Below, one piece after another: positions 52,069 to 63,691 of a stretch of 64,000 nucleotides of DNA; within the stretch, counting starts at the first letter, position 1, and each line of letters starts with the position of its first letter. A program made the position numbers and the translations under genes. This stretch comes from an uncultured delta proteobacterium (lineage in GTDB: Bacteria; Desulfobacterota; Desulfobacteria; Desulfobacterales; JAFDCJ01): the NCBI GenBank assembly GCA_963769935.1, contig CAVYNY010000010.1, forward strand, positions 384,001 to 448,000. The letters are read 5' to 3'. The notes under the pieces are model-generated. The model searched no databases. It worked only from the letters and a program-made list of their open reading frames with translations, and had not been told where the DNA came from.

Positions 52069-53604
52069 TTACGGGTCCTGAACTTCAAAGATGTCGAATT
52101 GTTCCATGTGAAATTCAGGATTGGGATAAATAACAATCTGTTTGCCGATATTCCGCTCAAGATTGGCGATCAGCAAATTTTCCTGCCCGAGAAACAATTC
52201 AGCAATCTGCGGATTGACCCGCAGCGTCAGGCGGGTGCCGTCCATATCATGCGCATCCCGCAGGATTTCGCGATAGATAGTATTGCAAATGGACTGTCGG
52301 GAGACCAGATAACCTTCGCCCTCGCAATAAAAGCACGGTTCACAGAGAATCCGTGTCAAAGGTTCCCGCGTCCGCTTGCGGGTCATCTGGATGAGTCCCA
52401 TTTCAGACATCGGCAGGACATGGGTTTTGCTTTTATCTTTTTTGAGCGCCTCCCTGAGCGCATTAAAGATTTTTTCCTGATTGGATTTTTTCTCCATATC
52501 GATAAAATCAATAATGATGATGCCCCCGAGATCTCTGAGCCTGATTTGATAAGCAATTTCTTTAACCGCTTCCAGATTGGTTTTTAAGATGGTTTCTTCC
52601 AGGTTATGCTTCCCGACATACCGTCCGGTGTTGACGTCGATGGCAACCAGGGCTTCGGTGTGTTCGATCAAAATGTAACCGCCGGATTTCAGCCAGACTT
52701 TTCTTTTCAGCGCACGAGAAATGTCGCCTTCGAGATTATAGGCATCAAATACCGGCTCCGAGCCATCATATAAAACGACATGGTCTTTCAGATTGGGCAT
52801 GAAGTTGTCCAGGAAAGATAAAATTGCATGATAGGTGGGTTTGGCGTCGACCACCACTTTTTCGACTTCCTGAATTAAAAGATCCCGCACCGCCCGCAAA
52901 CTGATGGAAAGTTCCTGGTGCATGAGAGACGGCGCCGGGGCAGTTTCAAATTTTTTCTGGAGATTTTTCCACAGATTATTCAAAAATCCCATTTCGTAGG
53001 CCAGCTTTTCTTCCTGCTCACCTTCCGCTGCGGTCCTCACAATATAACCAAAATCCTCGGTTCTTAATTTTTGCACCAGTCGTTTTAGGCGATCCCGCTC
53101 GGCTTCATCTTCGATGCGCCGGGAAATGCCGATGTGATCGGAAGTCGGCATTAAAACCAAAAAGCGGCCCGGCATGGATATATAGGAGGAAATACGGGCG
53201 CCCTTGGTTCCCATGGGTGATTTGGCAACCTGAACCAGAACTTCCTGGCCTTCATAAATAAGCTCTTCAATGTTAAATTCACGCCTTTTGGAAAATTTCG
53301 GGCTGGATCCATTTTCAGGGTCGTCATTATCCATCTCGGATTCAACATTGAATAATCGCTCATATTCTCTGAAATCATCGTAGAAGACATCATCAACGTA
53401 AATGAACGCCGCCTGATTCAGCCCGATATTCACAAAAGCGGCCTGCATGCCGGGCAAAACCCGCAGCACTTTGCCTTTATAAACATTGCCGACAATATTG
53501 GAGTCATCACCGCGGTCAACATAAAGTTCGGCAATGGTGCCGTCTTCCAGCAGCGCCACCCGGGTTTCGTGTTGCGCGACATTAATGATGAGTTGCTTGT
53601 ACAT
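52069..53604 (-). CDS. rng: Ribonuclease G (Rne/Rng family)
   Basis: GNVYKGKV S1 domain, AIDVNTG, GGIIIIDFIDM. 511 aa with no long C-terminal tail. Confidence 0.93.
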   Translation of the reverse strand: MYKQLIINVAQHETRVALLEDGTIAELYVDRGDDSNIVGNVYKGKVLRVLPGMQAAFVNIGLNQAAFIYVDDVFYDDFREYERLFNVESEMDNDDPENGSSPKFSKRREFNIEELIYEGQEVLVQVAKSPMGTKGARISSYISMPGRFLVLMPTSDHIGISRRIEDEAERDRLKRLVQKLRTEDFGYIVRTAAEGEQEEKLAYEMGFLNNLWKNLQKKFETAPAPSLMHQELSISLRAVRDLLIQEVEKVVVDAKPTYHAILSFLDNFMPNLKDHVVLYDGSEPVFDAYNLEGDISRALKRKVWLKSGGYILIEHTEALVAIDVNTGRYVGKHNLEETILKTNLEAVKEIAYQIRLRDLGGIIIIDFIDMEKKSNQEKIFNALREALKKDKSKTHVLPMSEMGLIQMTRKRTREPLTRILCEPCFYCEGEGYLVSRQSICNTIYREILRDAHDMDGTRLTLRVNPQIAELFLGQENLLIANLERNIGKQIVIYPNPEFHMEQFDIFEVQDP

Positions 53605-56116
53605 CCCCTGCTGCCTTCAGCTTAACCACCATAGCCTGTTTAATCTGGTCTTCCTTAAGATCAAAAATATGACGCAGGATATGCCCGGGCCGGATGGTTT
53701 TTCCCGGTTCCGATGTCAGCGTCACCTGCAGGCACTTTGAATCCACTATCTCTATGTTCTTTACCATATCCTTTAAATTCAACTTTTTCAACTTCCCTTT
53801 TTGATTCGAAAGTGAGATGGGAAAGTCCGTGCTTTGAAGATAGGTGACAAGATTTACTTGATTGAATTCTGCCACCCGCAGGGTAACCCGGTAGGTGCTC
53901 ACCGCCGCCGATTTGCATCCGGTTGACGGCGAAATTATCTGACAGGAAGTTATAACCAGGCCCTCCGGCAATTGCCGATTTAACCGATGGGTGAGCATGT
54001 CCGGCGCAACGAAGTCGGGTACGCTCAGCATAAAGTGTTCCTGTTCGCTTTCGATACCGACCGGCAACGGATCATCAAATGAAATTTTCGGTTTGGGATG
54101 AAATCCCTGGGTAAATTTAAGCGGAATTTGAGCGCGCTTAAGCGCCCTCAAAAATATATTGGCCAATTCGAGGTGGCTGAAGTATTTGGCAGACCCCAGT
54201 TTGGCATAATAGACACACAGGCTCCTATATACAATTCTATCCTCATCTTGCGGGCCGCTGCATGGCACCTCCGGTATTTCAAAAGCGCGATAGGTTTTGA
54301 CCGCTATTTTTTCAAAATCGCAGGTGCCGCACTGATGGCATACTCCCTGCCGGCAGTCGCCGATCAACTTGTTTTCAAGGGCGTTTTCCCATTCCCGCCT
54401 TAAAAAGGATTTGCTGACCCGGTTGTCAATATGATCCCATGGCAACGGCTCGGAAACATCCCGCAGCCGGGCCGAAAAAAAATCCGGATCAATATGCTCC
54501 TCCTCAAAAGCCGCCCGCCACAGATCATAGTTGAATTTATCACTCCAGCCGTCAAACCTGCATCCTTTTTTATAGGCTGCAATCAGCAGACCGCTCAATC
54601 TTCGGTCACCGCGGGCCCAGAGCCCCTCCAGGCGGCTGACCTGCGGATCCTGCCATTTGAATTGAGTTCCCGGAATCTTCAGTCGGTCGTGCAGCCGGTT
54701 GATTTTGGCGGTTGATTCGGTCAGGGAAATCTGAGGCGCCCATTGAAAAGGGGTGTGTGCCTTGGGAATAAAGGTGGCAACACTGACGTTGATCTTGCCC
54801 CGCTGCCTGTTGGGGCCTTTGATTTTTGCAAGCTTTTTCACCAGATCCACCAGGGCATCCAGATCGTCATCCGTCTCGGTGGGAAGACCGATCATAAAAT
54901 AAAGTTTGATCACCCGCCATCCCAGCCGGAAGGCATCCTGCACCGTATCGAAAATTTCCTTTTCACTGATATTTTTATTGATCACGTCGCGCAGGCGCTG
55001 GCTGCCGGCTTCCGGGGCGATCGTAAAGCCGGTTTTGCGGACCAGTTTAATGAGTCTCATCAGCTCCGGCGTCAGCGTACCGGCTCGCAGGGAAGGCAGG
55101 GAAACGGCAACATTATCGGAGGCGAAGCAGACCATCAGCCGTTCCATCAAAGGCGCAATACAACCATAATCACCGGTGCTCAAGGACAGCAGGGATAGGT
55201 CTTCATAGCCGGTGGCGGCAATTGAGCTGGCCGCAAGAGACATCAGTTGCTCCGGCGAGCGTTCGCGCACCGGCCGGTAAATCATGCCCGCCTGGCAAAA
55301 ACGGCATCCGCGGGTGCACCCGCGGGCAACTTCCAACCGCAACCGGTCATGAACGGGCTTGCCGTAAGGTATGATGGGTTTATCCGGAAAGGGCATCCGG
55401 TTCAGATCATCGACAACGGCGCGTTTGACCTGGGTGTATTCTGAAAACCGAGGCTCCAGGATTTGAAAGCCGCGCTCATCGCTGCGGACACTGAAAAAAG
55501 ACGGAATATAGACACCTTCAATCTGCGACCATCTTTGCAGCAGAGACTCTTTGTGGGCCGGCCGCTCTTTTTGCCAGTCCAGCCATTCGGCCGTCATTTG
55601 CTTGATCACCCTCTCGCCGTCACCCACGACCATCGCATCGAACAAATCGGCAACCGGCTCAGGATTGCATACACACGGTCCGCCGGCTATAATTAAAGGA
55701 TACGTATGATCCCTTTCGGAGGCCAGAAACGGAATACGGCCCAAATCAAGGATGGTCAGGACATTGGTGTAATTCAACTCATATAAAAGACTGAATCCGA
55801 TGATATCAAAACTGTTGATGGGCGCCCGGGATTCCAGCGAAAAAAGTGGTTTTCCGCTGTTTCTGAGCATGGTTTCCATATCGACGCCGGGCGCAAACAC
55901 TCTTTCAGCGGCAATATTCGGATCTTCATTTAAAATATGGTAGAGAATCTGCATGCCGAAATGCGACGTGCCGATCTCATAAAGATCCGGAAAAGCCAGA
56001 GCAACGCGGAGCTTAACCCGGTTAAGACCTTTTCTGACCGTGTTGATCTCCGAACCCAGATAGCGGCTCGGTTTTTCTACCAAAGGCAGTATATCGTCAA
56101 TATTAAGAATGGACAT
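53582..56116 (-). CDS. B12-binding radical SAM protein (TIGR03960-like) fused to a radical-SAM-linked DUF2344-like domain
   Basis: FPDLYEIG, RGCTRGCRFC, C-terminal YFSHLE...FTQGFHPKPK. Typical adjacency to rng. Confidence 0.9.
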   Translation of the reverse strand: MSILNIDDILPLVEKPSRYLGSEINTVRKGLNRVKLRVALAFPDLYEIGTSHFGMQILYHILNEDPNIAAERVFAPGVDMETMLRNSGKPLFSLESRAPINSFDIIGFSLLYELNYTNVLTILDLGRIPFLASERDHTYPLIIAGGPCVCNPEPVADLFDAMVVGDGERVIKQMTAEWLDWQKERPAHKESLLQRWSQIEGVYIPSFFSVRSDERGFQILEPRFSEYTQVKRAVVDDLNRMPFPDKPIIPYGKPVHDRLRLEVARGCTRGCRFCQAGMIYRPVRERSPEQLMSLAASSIAATGYEDLSLLSLSTGDYGCIAPLMERLMVCFASDNVAVSLPSLRAGTLTPELMRLIKLVRKTGFTIAPEAGSQRLRDVINKNISEKEIFDTVQDAFRLGWRVIKLYFMIGLPTETDDDLDALVDLVKKLAKIKGPNRQRGKINVSVATFIPKAHTPFQWAPQISLTESTAKINRLHDRLKIPGTQFKWQDPQVSRLEGLWARGDRRLSGLLIAAYKKGCRFDGWSDKFNYDLWRAAFEEEHIDPDFFSARLRDVSEPLPWDHIDNRVSKSFLRREWENALENKLIGDCRQGVCHQCGTCDFEKIAVKTYRAFEIPEVPCSGPQDEDRIVYRSLCVYYAKLGSAKYFSHLELANIFLRALKRAQIPLKFTQGFHPKPKISFDDPLPVGIESEQEHFMLSVPDFVAPDMLTHRLNRQLPEGLVITSCQIISPSTGCKSAAVSTYRVTLRVAEFNQVNLVTYLQSTDFPISLSNQKGKLKKLNLKDMVKNIEIVDSKCLQVTLTSEPGKTIRPGHILRHIFDLKEDQIKQAMVVKLKAAGDVQATHH

Positions 56117-56220
56117 GCTGAATTTCTATTTTTTATGATTATAGTTGATCTATCCTCGACTTTAGGGCTATCTCCCATTTAGAAATATTTTTTTCACCCT
56201 TAAACTCAAAAAGGCGGCCG

Positions 56221-57633
56221 ATGAACAAAAAACGCGGATTGAAAAGAAGATTTTACACGATCGTAATAGTTTTATCAATATTCGCGCTGGGGCTGACCAT
56301 TTCGGCTGATAGTTCTGCTCAGGTTGTAAATCGGGAAACCCCCGTTGTCAGAGCGGTGCGCAAGGTCGGTCCGGCAGTGGTAAACATAAGTTCAGTGTAT
56401 GAAGTTCGCAAGCGAACCGGTCCATTTTCCGGATTCGGAGCAAATCCATTTTTCGAAGAGTTTTTCAAAGATTTTTTCGATCCACGCTTTGACCGCCGGC
56501 AGCAGTACACCAGCCTGGGATCCGGTGTCATCATCGACGGCAAAAAAGGGCTGATTTTAACCAATGCCCACGTTATTCAGAAAACCGCCACCATAAAGGT
56601 GATGCTTCAGGATGAAAGGGAATTTGAGGCCAAAATCGTGGGTGCTGATCCGGATTCCGATTTGGCGGTATTGAAAATCGACTCTGAAAATCAGCTGCCC
56701 GACGCCACTATGGGCAGCAGCGATGATCTGATGATCGGTGAAACCGTCATTGCCATCGGAAATCCCTTCGGGTTTTCCCACACCGTGACGACCGGCGTCA
56801 TCAGCGCCTTAAATCGCAGCATCCGAACCGAGGACCGGGTGTATAACGACTTCATCCAAATCGATGCCTCCATTAATCCGGGCAACAGCGGCGGGCCACT
56901 TTTAAACATCAACGGCGATCTGATCGGCATCAACACAGCCATATATGCCAAGGCCCAGGGAATCGGTTTTGCGATCCCCATCGGCAAAGCCCGTAAAATT
57001 ATCTCTGATCTGATACAGTACGGCGAAGTCAAGCAAGCATGGATCGGCATCATTGTTCAGGACATGGATGAGAAGCTGGCCGGTTATCTAAATGTCGCGG
57101 GCCAGAAGGGCGTCATTGTAACATCCGTGGAAGCACAAAGCCCGGCGGAAGCCGCCGGCGTGCAGGAAAGCGACATTATTGTTTCCATCGCAAAAAAAAG
57201 TGTCGGTTCGGTCGAGGAATATGAATCGGCTACCAAGATTTTGGCCGCCGGTGATACGTTGCAGGCGGCGCTTTGGCGCGATGGAAACATGAAAACCGTC
57301 ACGATTAAAACCAAGGTGTTTCCCCTGGAACTGGCCGAAGATCTGGCCTTCAAACTGCTGGGCATCAACGTCGATGATTTAACGCCGAAAAACAGACAAG
57401 CATATGCCATCAGCGCCAGTGAGGGCGTGGTAATCGCCAAAATTAAGAAAAAATCCTATCTTGCCCGCATCGGCGCTCTGCCTGGAGATGTAATCCATCA
57501 GATCGATGATTATGCCATCCAGGACAAGGAAGATTTCAAAAAGGCCGTTGTTAAATTTCGTCGCAAAAATTCGGTGGTACTGCTGCTGCAACGGGGAGAT
57601 CAGGGATATTACATAACCATTAATATAGGATGA
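56221..57633 (+). CDS. HtrA/DegQ (Do) serine protease with two PDZ domains
   Basis: TNAHV, DLAVL and INPGNSGG motifs. Signal peptide. Confidence 0.95.
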   Translation: MNKKRGLKRRFYTIVIVLSIFALGLTISADSSAQVVNRETPVVRAVRKVGPAVVNISSVYEVRKRTGPFSGFGANPFFEEFFKDFFDPRFDRRQQYTSLGSGVIIDGKKGLILTNAHVIQKTATIKVMLQDEREFEAKIVGADPDSDLAVLKIDSENQLPDATMGSSDDLMIGETVIAIGNPFGFSHTVTTGVISALNRSIRTEDRVYNDFIQIDASINPGNSGGPLLNINGDLIGINTAIYAKAQGIGFAIPIGKARKIISDLIQYGEVKQAWIGIIVQDMDEKLAGYLNVAGQKGVIVTSVEAQSPAEAAGVQESDIIVSIAKKSVGSVEEYESATKILAAGDTLQAALWRDGNMKTVTIKTKVFPLELAEDLAFKLLGINVDDLTPKNRQAYAISASEGVVIAKIKKKSYLARIGALPGDVIHQIDDYAIQDKEDFKKAVVKFRRKNSVVLLLQRGDQGYYITINIG

Positions 57634-57788
57634 TGACGAACAAATAAATTCTATATATTGTATTTTATTCCTTATGAGACCACTATATATGGTAACCATA
57701 TTGACTTTATAAAAAGAATTGTTAAAAGTTATATCATCGGAGGTGATTTAAGAGAACTATTTGAAACAGACCTGAAAGGGGGACTACC

Positions 57789-57980
57789 ATGCAGACTCTG
57801 GTGTGGTTGGCGCATGAAGTTCCGTGGGTGATGGCCCCGGCGGCACTCATCTCGGCAACAGCGGCTCTTGCCATAATGGCATCGTTGATTCGCTCAAGAA
57901 ATGTCGGATCCAAGGCCATGGTTATCGGAGTAATGGTTGCCGTGACCGTAGGCGTCATGTTATGGGATGCTGTGCTTTAG
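57789..57980 (+). CDS. Small two-TM hypothetical protein
   Basis: GAAAGGGGG SD and two hydrophobic helices. Confidence 0.55.
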   Translation: MQTLVWLAHEVPWVMAPAALISATAALAIMASLIRSRNVGSKAMVIGVMVAVTVGVMLWDAVL

Positions 57981-58108
57981 TTTCGCACGGTATCTCTTAA
58001 AATCAGCATCGTTACCGGGGGGGGGTATTTCCGTCTTCACTTCATTTGAATATCAACTTAGCGATTCTTTTACCGGCATTTTTTTATCGGGTGCAATAAT
58101 CTTACGAT

Positions 58109-59491
58109 ATGCAGCGAACCAAGATATACAATCTGTTAAAATCAGAAACATCGGCCGACGATGTACTGATTAAAGGTTGGATCCGGACCCGCCGGGACGC
58201 CAAATCATTTTCATTTCTTGAAATCAACGACGGCTCGTGTTTGATTAACGTTCAAGTGATTGCCAATGAGGCGCTGCCCAATTACGATGATATAAAAAAA
58301 TTAACCACCGGTTCGGCCGTAAGCGTCCGCGGCAAGCTGGTCGAATCCCAGGGCGGCGGACAAAAATGGGAAATCACAGCCGAGCAGGTGGAAGTTATCA
58401 GCCTGGCTCCGGAGACCTATCCCCTGCAGAAAAAGCGCCACAGCGACGAATTCCTGAGAAGCATCGCGCACTTAAGACCCCGCACCAACAAATATGGCGC
58501 GGCCTTCCGCATCCGGTCTGAAATGTCCTATGCCATTCATAAGTTTTTCCGGGACCGCGGTTTTCGCTACGTCCATACGCCCGATTCTCACCGGATCGGA
58601 TTGCGAGGGCGCCGGAGAATTATTCAAAGTAACCGCCCTGGATCTGGAAAACCTGCCTCAAAAAGACGGACGGACGGACTATTTTCAGGATTTCTTCGGC
58701 AAAGAAGCCAATCTGACCGTCTCCGGACAGCTTTCGGCAGAAATGTTTTGTCTGGCCCTGGGCGACGTCTATACGTTCGGTCCGACCTTCCGGGCTGAGA
58801 ATTCCAACACCCGCCGGCATGCGGCCGAATTTTGGATGATTGAGCCTGAAATGGCTTTTTGCGATCTGCAGGGCAACATGGATCTGGGGCAGGAGTTGAT
58901 CAAATACCTGACATCCTATGTCATGCGGGAATGTGCCGAGGATCTGGAACTTTTTGCAAAGTGGGTGGATAAAAACTTATTGTCCATCCTGGAAAATACC
59001 GCCACTTCGGACTATGTGCGGCTGCCTTACCGGGAAGCCGTGGAAATTTTACAAAATCCGGCCGCAAATTTGAGTATGAAGTCGGCTTCGGCAAAGATCT
59101 CCAGACGGAGCATGAGCGTTTTCTGACCGAAGATCATTTTAAAAAACCGGTGATTGTTTATGATTATCCCAAAACCATTAAACCGTTTTACATGCGTTTA
59201 AATGACGACAATGAAACGGTGGCCGCCATGGATGTGCTGGTTCCCAATATCGGAGAAATCATCGGCGGCAGTCAGCGCGAAGAACGCCTGGCCGTGCTGG
59301 AAGCGCGCATGGCTGAAACAGGAATGGAAAAAGAGCCTTACTGGTGGTATCTGGAATCCCGCAAATTCGGCACCGTGCCCCACAGCGGTTTTGGATTGGG
59401 TTTTGAACGGCTGCTGATGCTGGTTACCGGCATCAACAATATCCGCGATGTCATTCCCTTTCCCCGCACACCGAACAACATCGAGTTTTAA
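58109..59491 (+). CDS. asnS: Asparagine--tRNA ligase (two compensating frameshifts, probably sequence errors)
   Basis: [36 protein letters not shown]. +1 near 58582 and -1 in the A-run near 59055. Confidence 0.95.
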
Positions 59492-59535
59492 AGTCTTAAT
59501 TGTGATTTCTTTTCATATTATAAAAAATTTTTCTT

Positions 59536-59615
59536 ATCACGAAAACACGAAATCTTGAAAGCACGAAATTTACCTCTTTGCTTTTCGTGTTATCGTCCCT
59601 TCGTGCTTTCGTGAT
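59536..59615. repeat. Inverted repeat built from CACGAAA units between convergent genes
   Basis: ATCACGAAAACACGAA..GAAAGCACGAAA versus TTTCGTGTTATC..TTCGTGCTTTCGTGAT. Confidence 0.7.
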
Positions 59616-59648
59616 TAATTTGCCCTTTTGGGATGCGGCTTGTCCGGA

Positions 59649-61063
59649 TCATTCGCGCTTGGCTCTCAGCTCATCGTAAAGTTTGCGCTCATCGATGATG
59701 CGCCTGGCTTTGAATTCGGTGCGCTCAAGGGTTCCGGGCGCCATCATCTGCACGATGGTGCGCAGGCCTTTGGCCTTGAGCTGTGCAGCCAATTCTATTT
59801 TGAAGGCCGAGATTTGATCGGCCGGCACGTCGGCCGTAAGTTCGGCCTGCACGATGAGCTCATCCATGGTTTTTTCCCGGCGTAATAACGATGCGAAACT
59901 CGTCTGAAAACCCCTCGATGCCGCGGATAACGTCCTCGATCGCACTGGGATAGACATTTTCGCCCCGCACGATGAACATGTCATCGGCCCGGCCGTAGAT
60001 GCCCTGGGGAAACCGGGGATAGCTGCGGCCGCAGGAACAGGGTTCGTTCGTCCAGCGACTCAAATCTCCCGCCCAGAATCGGATCATGGGCTGGGAATTG
60101 CGTTCCAGGTGGGTGTAGACCGTTACGCCTTCCTCGCCGTAAGGCACCCGCTTTTTGGTTTCCGGGTCTACCAGCTCGGCATACACCACATCCTGCCACA
60201 GATGCATGCCCTGGCGCTGGGCAGCATTCGCCGTCGGTCATCCAGGGCGACATTTCGCCCGTGGAACCGGAATCCAGGCAGATGGCGCCGTAGGTTTCTT
60301 CAATGCGTTTTCTGGTCGAGGGCACGCCGGCGCCGGGTTCACCCGAAAAAAAGAGGATCCGGAAATTAAAGTCCCGGAGCCGGATCAATACCTTTTTGCT
60401 TTGGCTTTCTCGGCGATGTAGAGACTGTAAGAAGGGGTTCCGTAAAACACGGTGGGTTTGACGCTGGCCATCCATTCAATCGCCCGGTCGGTCTGGCCGG
60501 GGACACCTGCGCCAAAAGGAAAGGCGGTGGCCCCCAGCCGCTCGGCGCCCAGCATCGCTCCCCAGCTGCCCCAGTAAAGGCTGAAAAACGATCCGATAAA
60601 CACAATATCTTCCGGGCGGATGCCCATGCGCCCACATAACGCGGGCATGGGTTTCGGCGATGCGCTGGATGTCGCCCTTGCTGATGCCGAAGGCGGTGGG
60701 CCTGCCGGTGGTGCCCGAAGTGCCGTGCACCCGCGCCAGCTCTTTGTGCGAAACGCACAGGTTGCTGCCGAACGGCGGATGTGCGGCCTGATCGGCGCGC
60801 AGCTCGTCTTTGGTCAGAATCGGTATGGCTTCGAAGTCATCCAGCGATTGAATATCTTCAGGGTTGACCCCGACGGCATCCCATTTTTTGCGATAAAGAC
60901 CCGGAATGCGCATAGGCGTATTTAAGTTGTTGCTGAAGCTTGGGCAAAATAATGGTTTGCTCCCTTTCCTCGGCGTCCATGGTTTCAATTTCCGGAAACC
61001 AGCATTCCTGGTCCGGGACTCAGGGTGATAGCCGGCGTCATAGACCGGCGGCCATTGTTGCAT
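59649..61063 (-). CDS. Phenylacetate-CoA ligase (PaaK) family arylacetate-CoA ligase, about 7 frameshifts (probably errors)
   Basis: GTSGTTGRP, GTPSY, SGEPG, RFWAGD, GRADDMFIVRGENVYPS and KARRIID distributed over successive frames. Confidence 0.85.
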
Positions 61064-61091
61064 GAATTCCTCCTAATTCTTAAAACCCGAT

Positions 61092-61195
61092 ATTGAAAAT
61101 TGAAGGATTTGGATCAATTTAATTTGTTTTTTGCTTTAATCATGAAGGAGTCGAAAGTAAAATTGATAAAATTCCACAAATATTCAATCTTCAAT
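61092..61195. repeat. Inverted 7-mer repeat element
   Basis: ATTGAAAATTGAAG at the left and TATTCAATCTTCAAT at the right. A similar half-element lies at 40528-40559. Confidence 0.5.
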
Positions 61196-61613
61196 CTTTC
61201 AATTTTTTCATCCCACGTTTCGCTGCCAGCGCCTTATGCAAACCGGAAACGATGGTATCCTGGGTAGATCCCGGCGGGAAAACACCATCGAAACCGACAG
61301 TTATGAGTTCCTCGGCATCCTCGGGGGAAAATACCCCTCCGATAAGAAACACAAATTCATCTTTAAGACCTTTTTCCTCAGCCCTTCTCAGCAGCAGACT
61401 TCCCAGCGACAAGTGGGCGCCGCCCAGTGAACTTACCCCGATAACATCCACCTGCTCCTGCACGGCGGCGGAAATGATCTCATCGGGCAGGGCATTGCCC
61501 AGATAGATCACCTCCATTCCCTTGTCGCGCAGCTCCATGGCCACGGTGATCACGCCCCGGTTGTGCACATCCAGCCCCAGCTTAGCCAGCAGCACCTTGA
61601 TTCTGCGGTTCAT
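61191..61613 (-). CDS. Acyl-CoA mutase small subunit (cobalamin-binding domain)
   Basis: AKLGLDVHNRG (DxHxxG), GVSSLGG and GG motifs. Confidence 0.93.
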   Translation of the reverse strand: MNRRIKVLLAKLGLDVHNRGVITVAMELRDKGMEVIYLGNALPDEIISAAVQEQVDVIGVSSLGGAHLSLGSLLLRRAEEKGLKDEFVFLIGGVFSPEDAEELITVGFDGVFPPGSTQDTIVSGLHKALAAKRGMKKLKD

Positions 61614-61647
61614 AAACTGCTCCGTCGTATTTTACTCAGTTTTATTG

Positions 61648-63409
61648 CTACCAAAACACCGGTGGTTTCCAGAGCCCAAAGGCTTTTTTAAAAACAGCAA
61701 ACATCTCACCTTCAGTGCAGCCCGCATCGGCACATTGCACCGCGGCCGGCAGGATATTGTCCCTGCAGCGGCAGGCTTTTTCCAGGTTTGCCAGTTCTTC
61801 GCCGACCTGGTTGTTGTTGCGGGTCTGTTTGAGCTTTTCCAGACGCCGCTTTTGCCGTTCGGCGACGCCTCGCGGATAGCGGAAAACATTGATCGAGGGG
61901 CTCTTGTCTTTGGAAAGATATACATTTTCCCCGATCACTTTGATCCGGCCGCTTTCAACCAGCTCGCGTTCCTGTCGGAAATAATCTGATATTTTCCGGT
62001 GGATCCAGCCGTCTTTGATGGCGCGTACATAGCCGCCCTTCTGCTCGATTTCGTCCAGCTCGTTTAAAATGCGCCGTTCCATTTCGTCGGTGAGCGCTTC
62101 TACGTAAAAGGAGCCGCCCAGCGGATCAACCACCTGGGCAACACCGGTTTCTTCATTCAGGATCTGCTGGGTGCGCAAAGAAAGCAGGGCCGCATCCTCG
62201 GTCGGTACCGAGTAAGCCTCGTCAAAGGAGTCCACATGCAGGGACTGCACGCCGCCCAGTACAGCCGCCAGGGCGTGGTAGGCCGCCCGCACCACATTGT
62301 TCATAGGCTCCTGGCGGGTCAACGACACACCCGAGGTCTGCACGTGGCAGCGCATCCAGGCCGCCCGGGGGTCCTCGACGCCGAAACGGTATTTCATGAT
62401 GCGCTGCCATAGTCGGCGCACCGCCCGTATGCGGGCTACCTCCTCAAATAAATCGTTGCCGATGGACCAGAAAAAAGCCATGCGCCGGCCCAGCCACGCG
62501 GGATCGTGACCTCGCGCCTTCAGCGTTTCCAGGGTTTCGACGGCATTGACCAGGGCGACGGCCATTTCGGTGACGGCTGAGGTTCCAAACTCACGCAAAT
62601 TGTAGCCGTTGACGGTCATGAAATTCCAGAGCGGCACCTTTTGCCGAATAAATTCGATGTTGTCGCATTGGATTCGAAAACAGTCCTCCGGCGGTATGTA
62701 CTCCGGACCGCTGCGCACGACCTCCTCCAGAGTAATATCATTCTGGATGCTGCCTCTTAGCCGATCCCAGGCAATTCCCCGCCGCTTGGCCAGCGCCAGA
62801 TACATGGGAAACAGGAGGGCCGAATTGGAAGGATAGTGAGAAACCAGAGACACGGTAACTTCATCCAGGGCAATGTCCTTAAACAATAGATCCATGTCTT
62901 CGACCGAATCAATGGCCACCCCGGACATGCCCACCTGACCGGTGGAGACCGGATCATCCGAGTCATACATCTGAATGGTGGGCAGGTCGAAAATGATGGA
63001 AATGCCGGTAGCGCCATGGTCGAGCAGAAATTTGATGCGTTCGTTGGTGTCCTCGGGTCCGCCGAAGCCGGCCAGCTGGCGTCGGGTAAATGCCCGGCCC
63101 CGGTACATGTTGGCATGAATGCCGCGGGTGAAGGGTGGTTCCCCGGAGTTGCCCAGATCAAGCAGCATAATCGAAATCCGGATTGCTCAAGGGGGTGTAA
63201 AGCAGATCCCGCGGTGTCTGCGACCCCAAAACCAGGCGGGGGGTGGTCTGCCAGTTTTCCCGGTCGGCAGGCTGCACGCAGGCCTGCTGCCATCGGTTAA
63301 AGGTCTGTCTGAGTTCCTCGATGGCCCGGGTGTCGTATAAGGGGGTCCGCTTTTGGTCCTTTAACGCATCTTCCAGCAAGTGTTTAGTGGTTTTCGGCTG
63401 CTGTTTCAT
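61648..63409 (-). CDS. Acyl-CoA mutase large subunit (methylmalonyl-CoA mutase family), one +1 frameshift near 63165
   Basis: PPFTRGI, RQLAGFG, FDLPT, GSIQND, QTSGVSLT, GGVQSLH, DPLGGS motifs. Confidence 0.93.
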
Positions 63410-63691
63410 GTGTGATCGATTTGCAATAAAGTTAATTTAGTTGAAATAATCGGCAATCCCATAATGATCTTCGGTATCCGCGATGCCGAGTCGGGCCCGC
63501 AATCTTTGTCCGGTGCCCAAATAAGCCGCATGGGTCCGCAAATTGTAAAAGTTAACGCTTTGCATGTCAAGCAGGTATTCCCCTGTCCCTCAACTGTCCC
63601 GGGCCTTGTTGATCTTTATCCACAAGTCCTGCGGAATACAATTGGAAGTATCGAAAAAATCAGGGCGTGAATCAATAAGGATTAGTTATAA

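Noticed and set aside
52100..52115. Second parS (TGTTCCATGTGAAATT) within rng
   Set aside because: Several mismatches to the consensus and located in coding sequence.
58109..63409. Pseudogenisation or programmed frameshifting of asnS, the CoA ligase and the mutase
   Set aside because: Scattered single-base indels in otherwise intact proteins, with no slippery heptamer or stimulatory structure. Best explained as read or assembly error.
63615..63623. oriC from the DnaA box TTATCCACA
   Set aside because: A single box with no cluster and no dnaA nearby.
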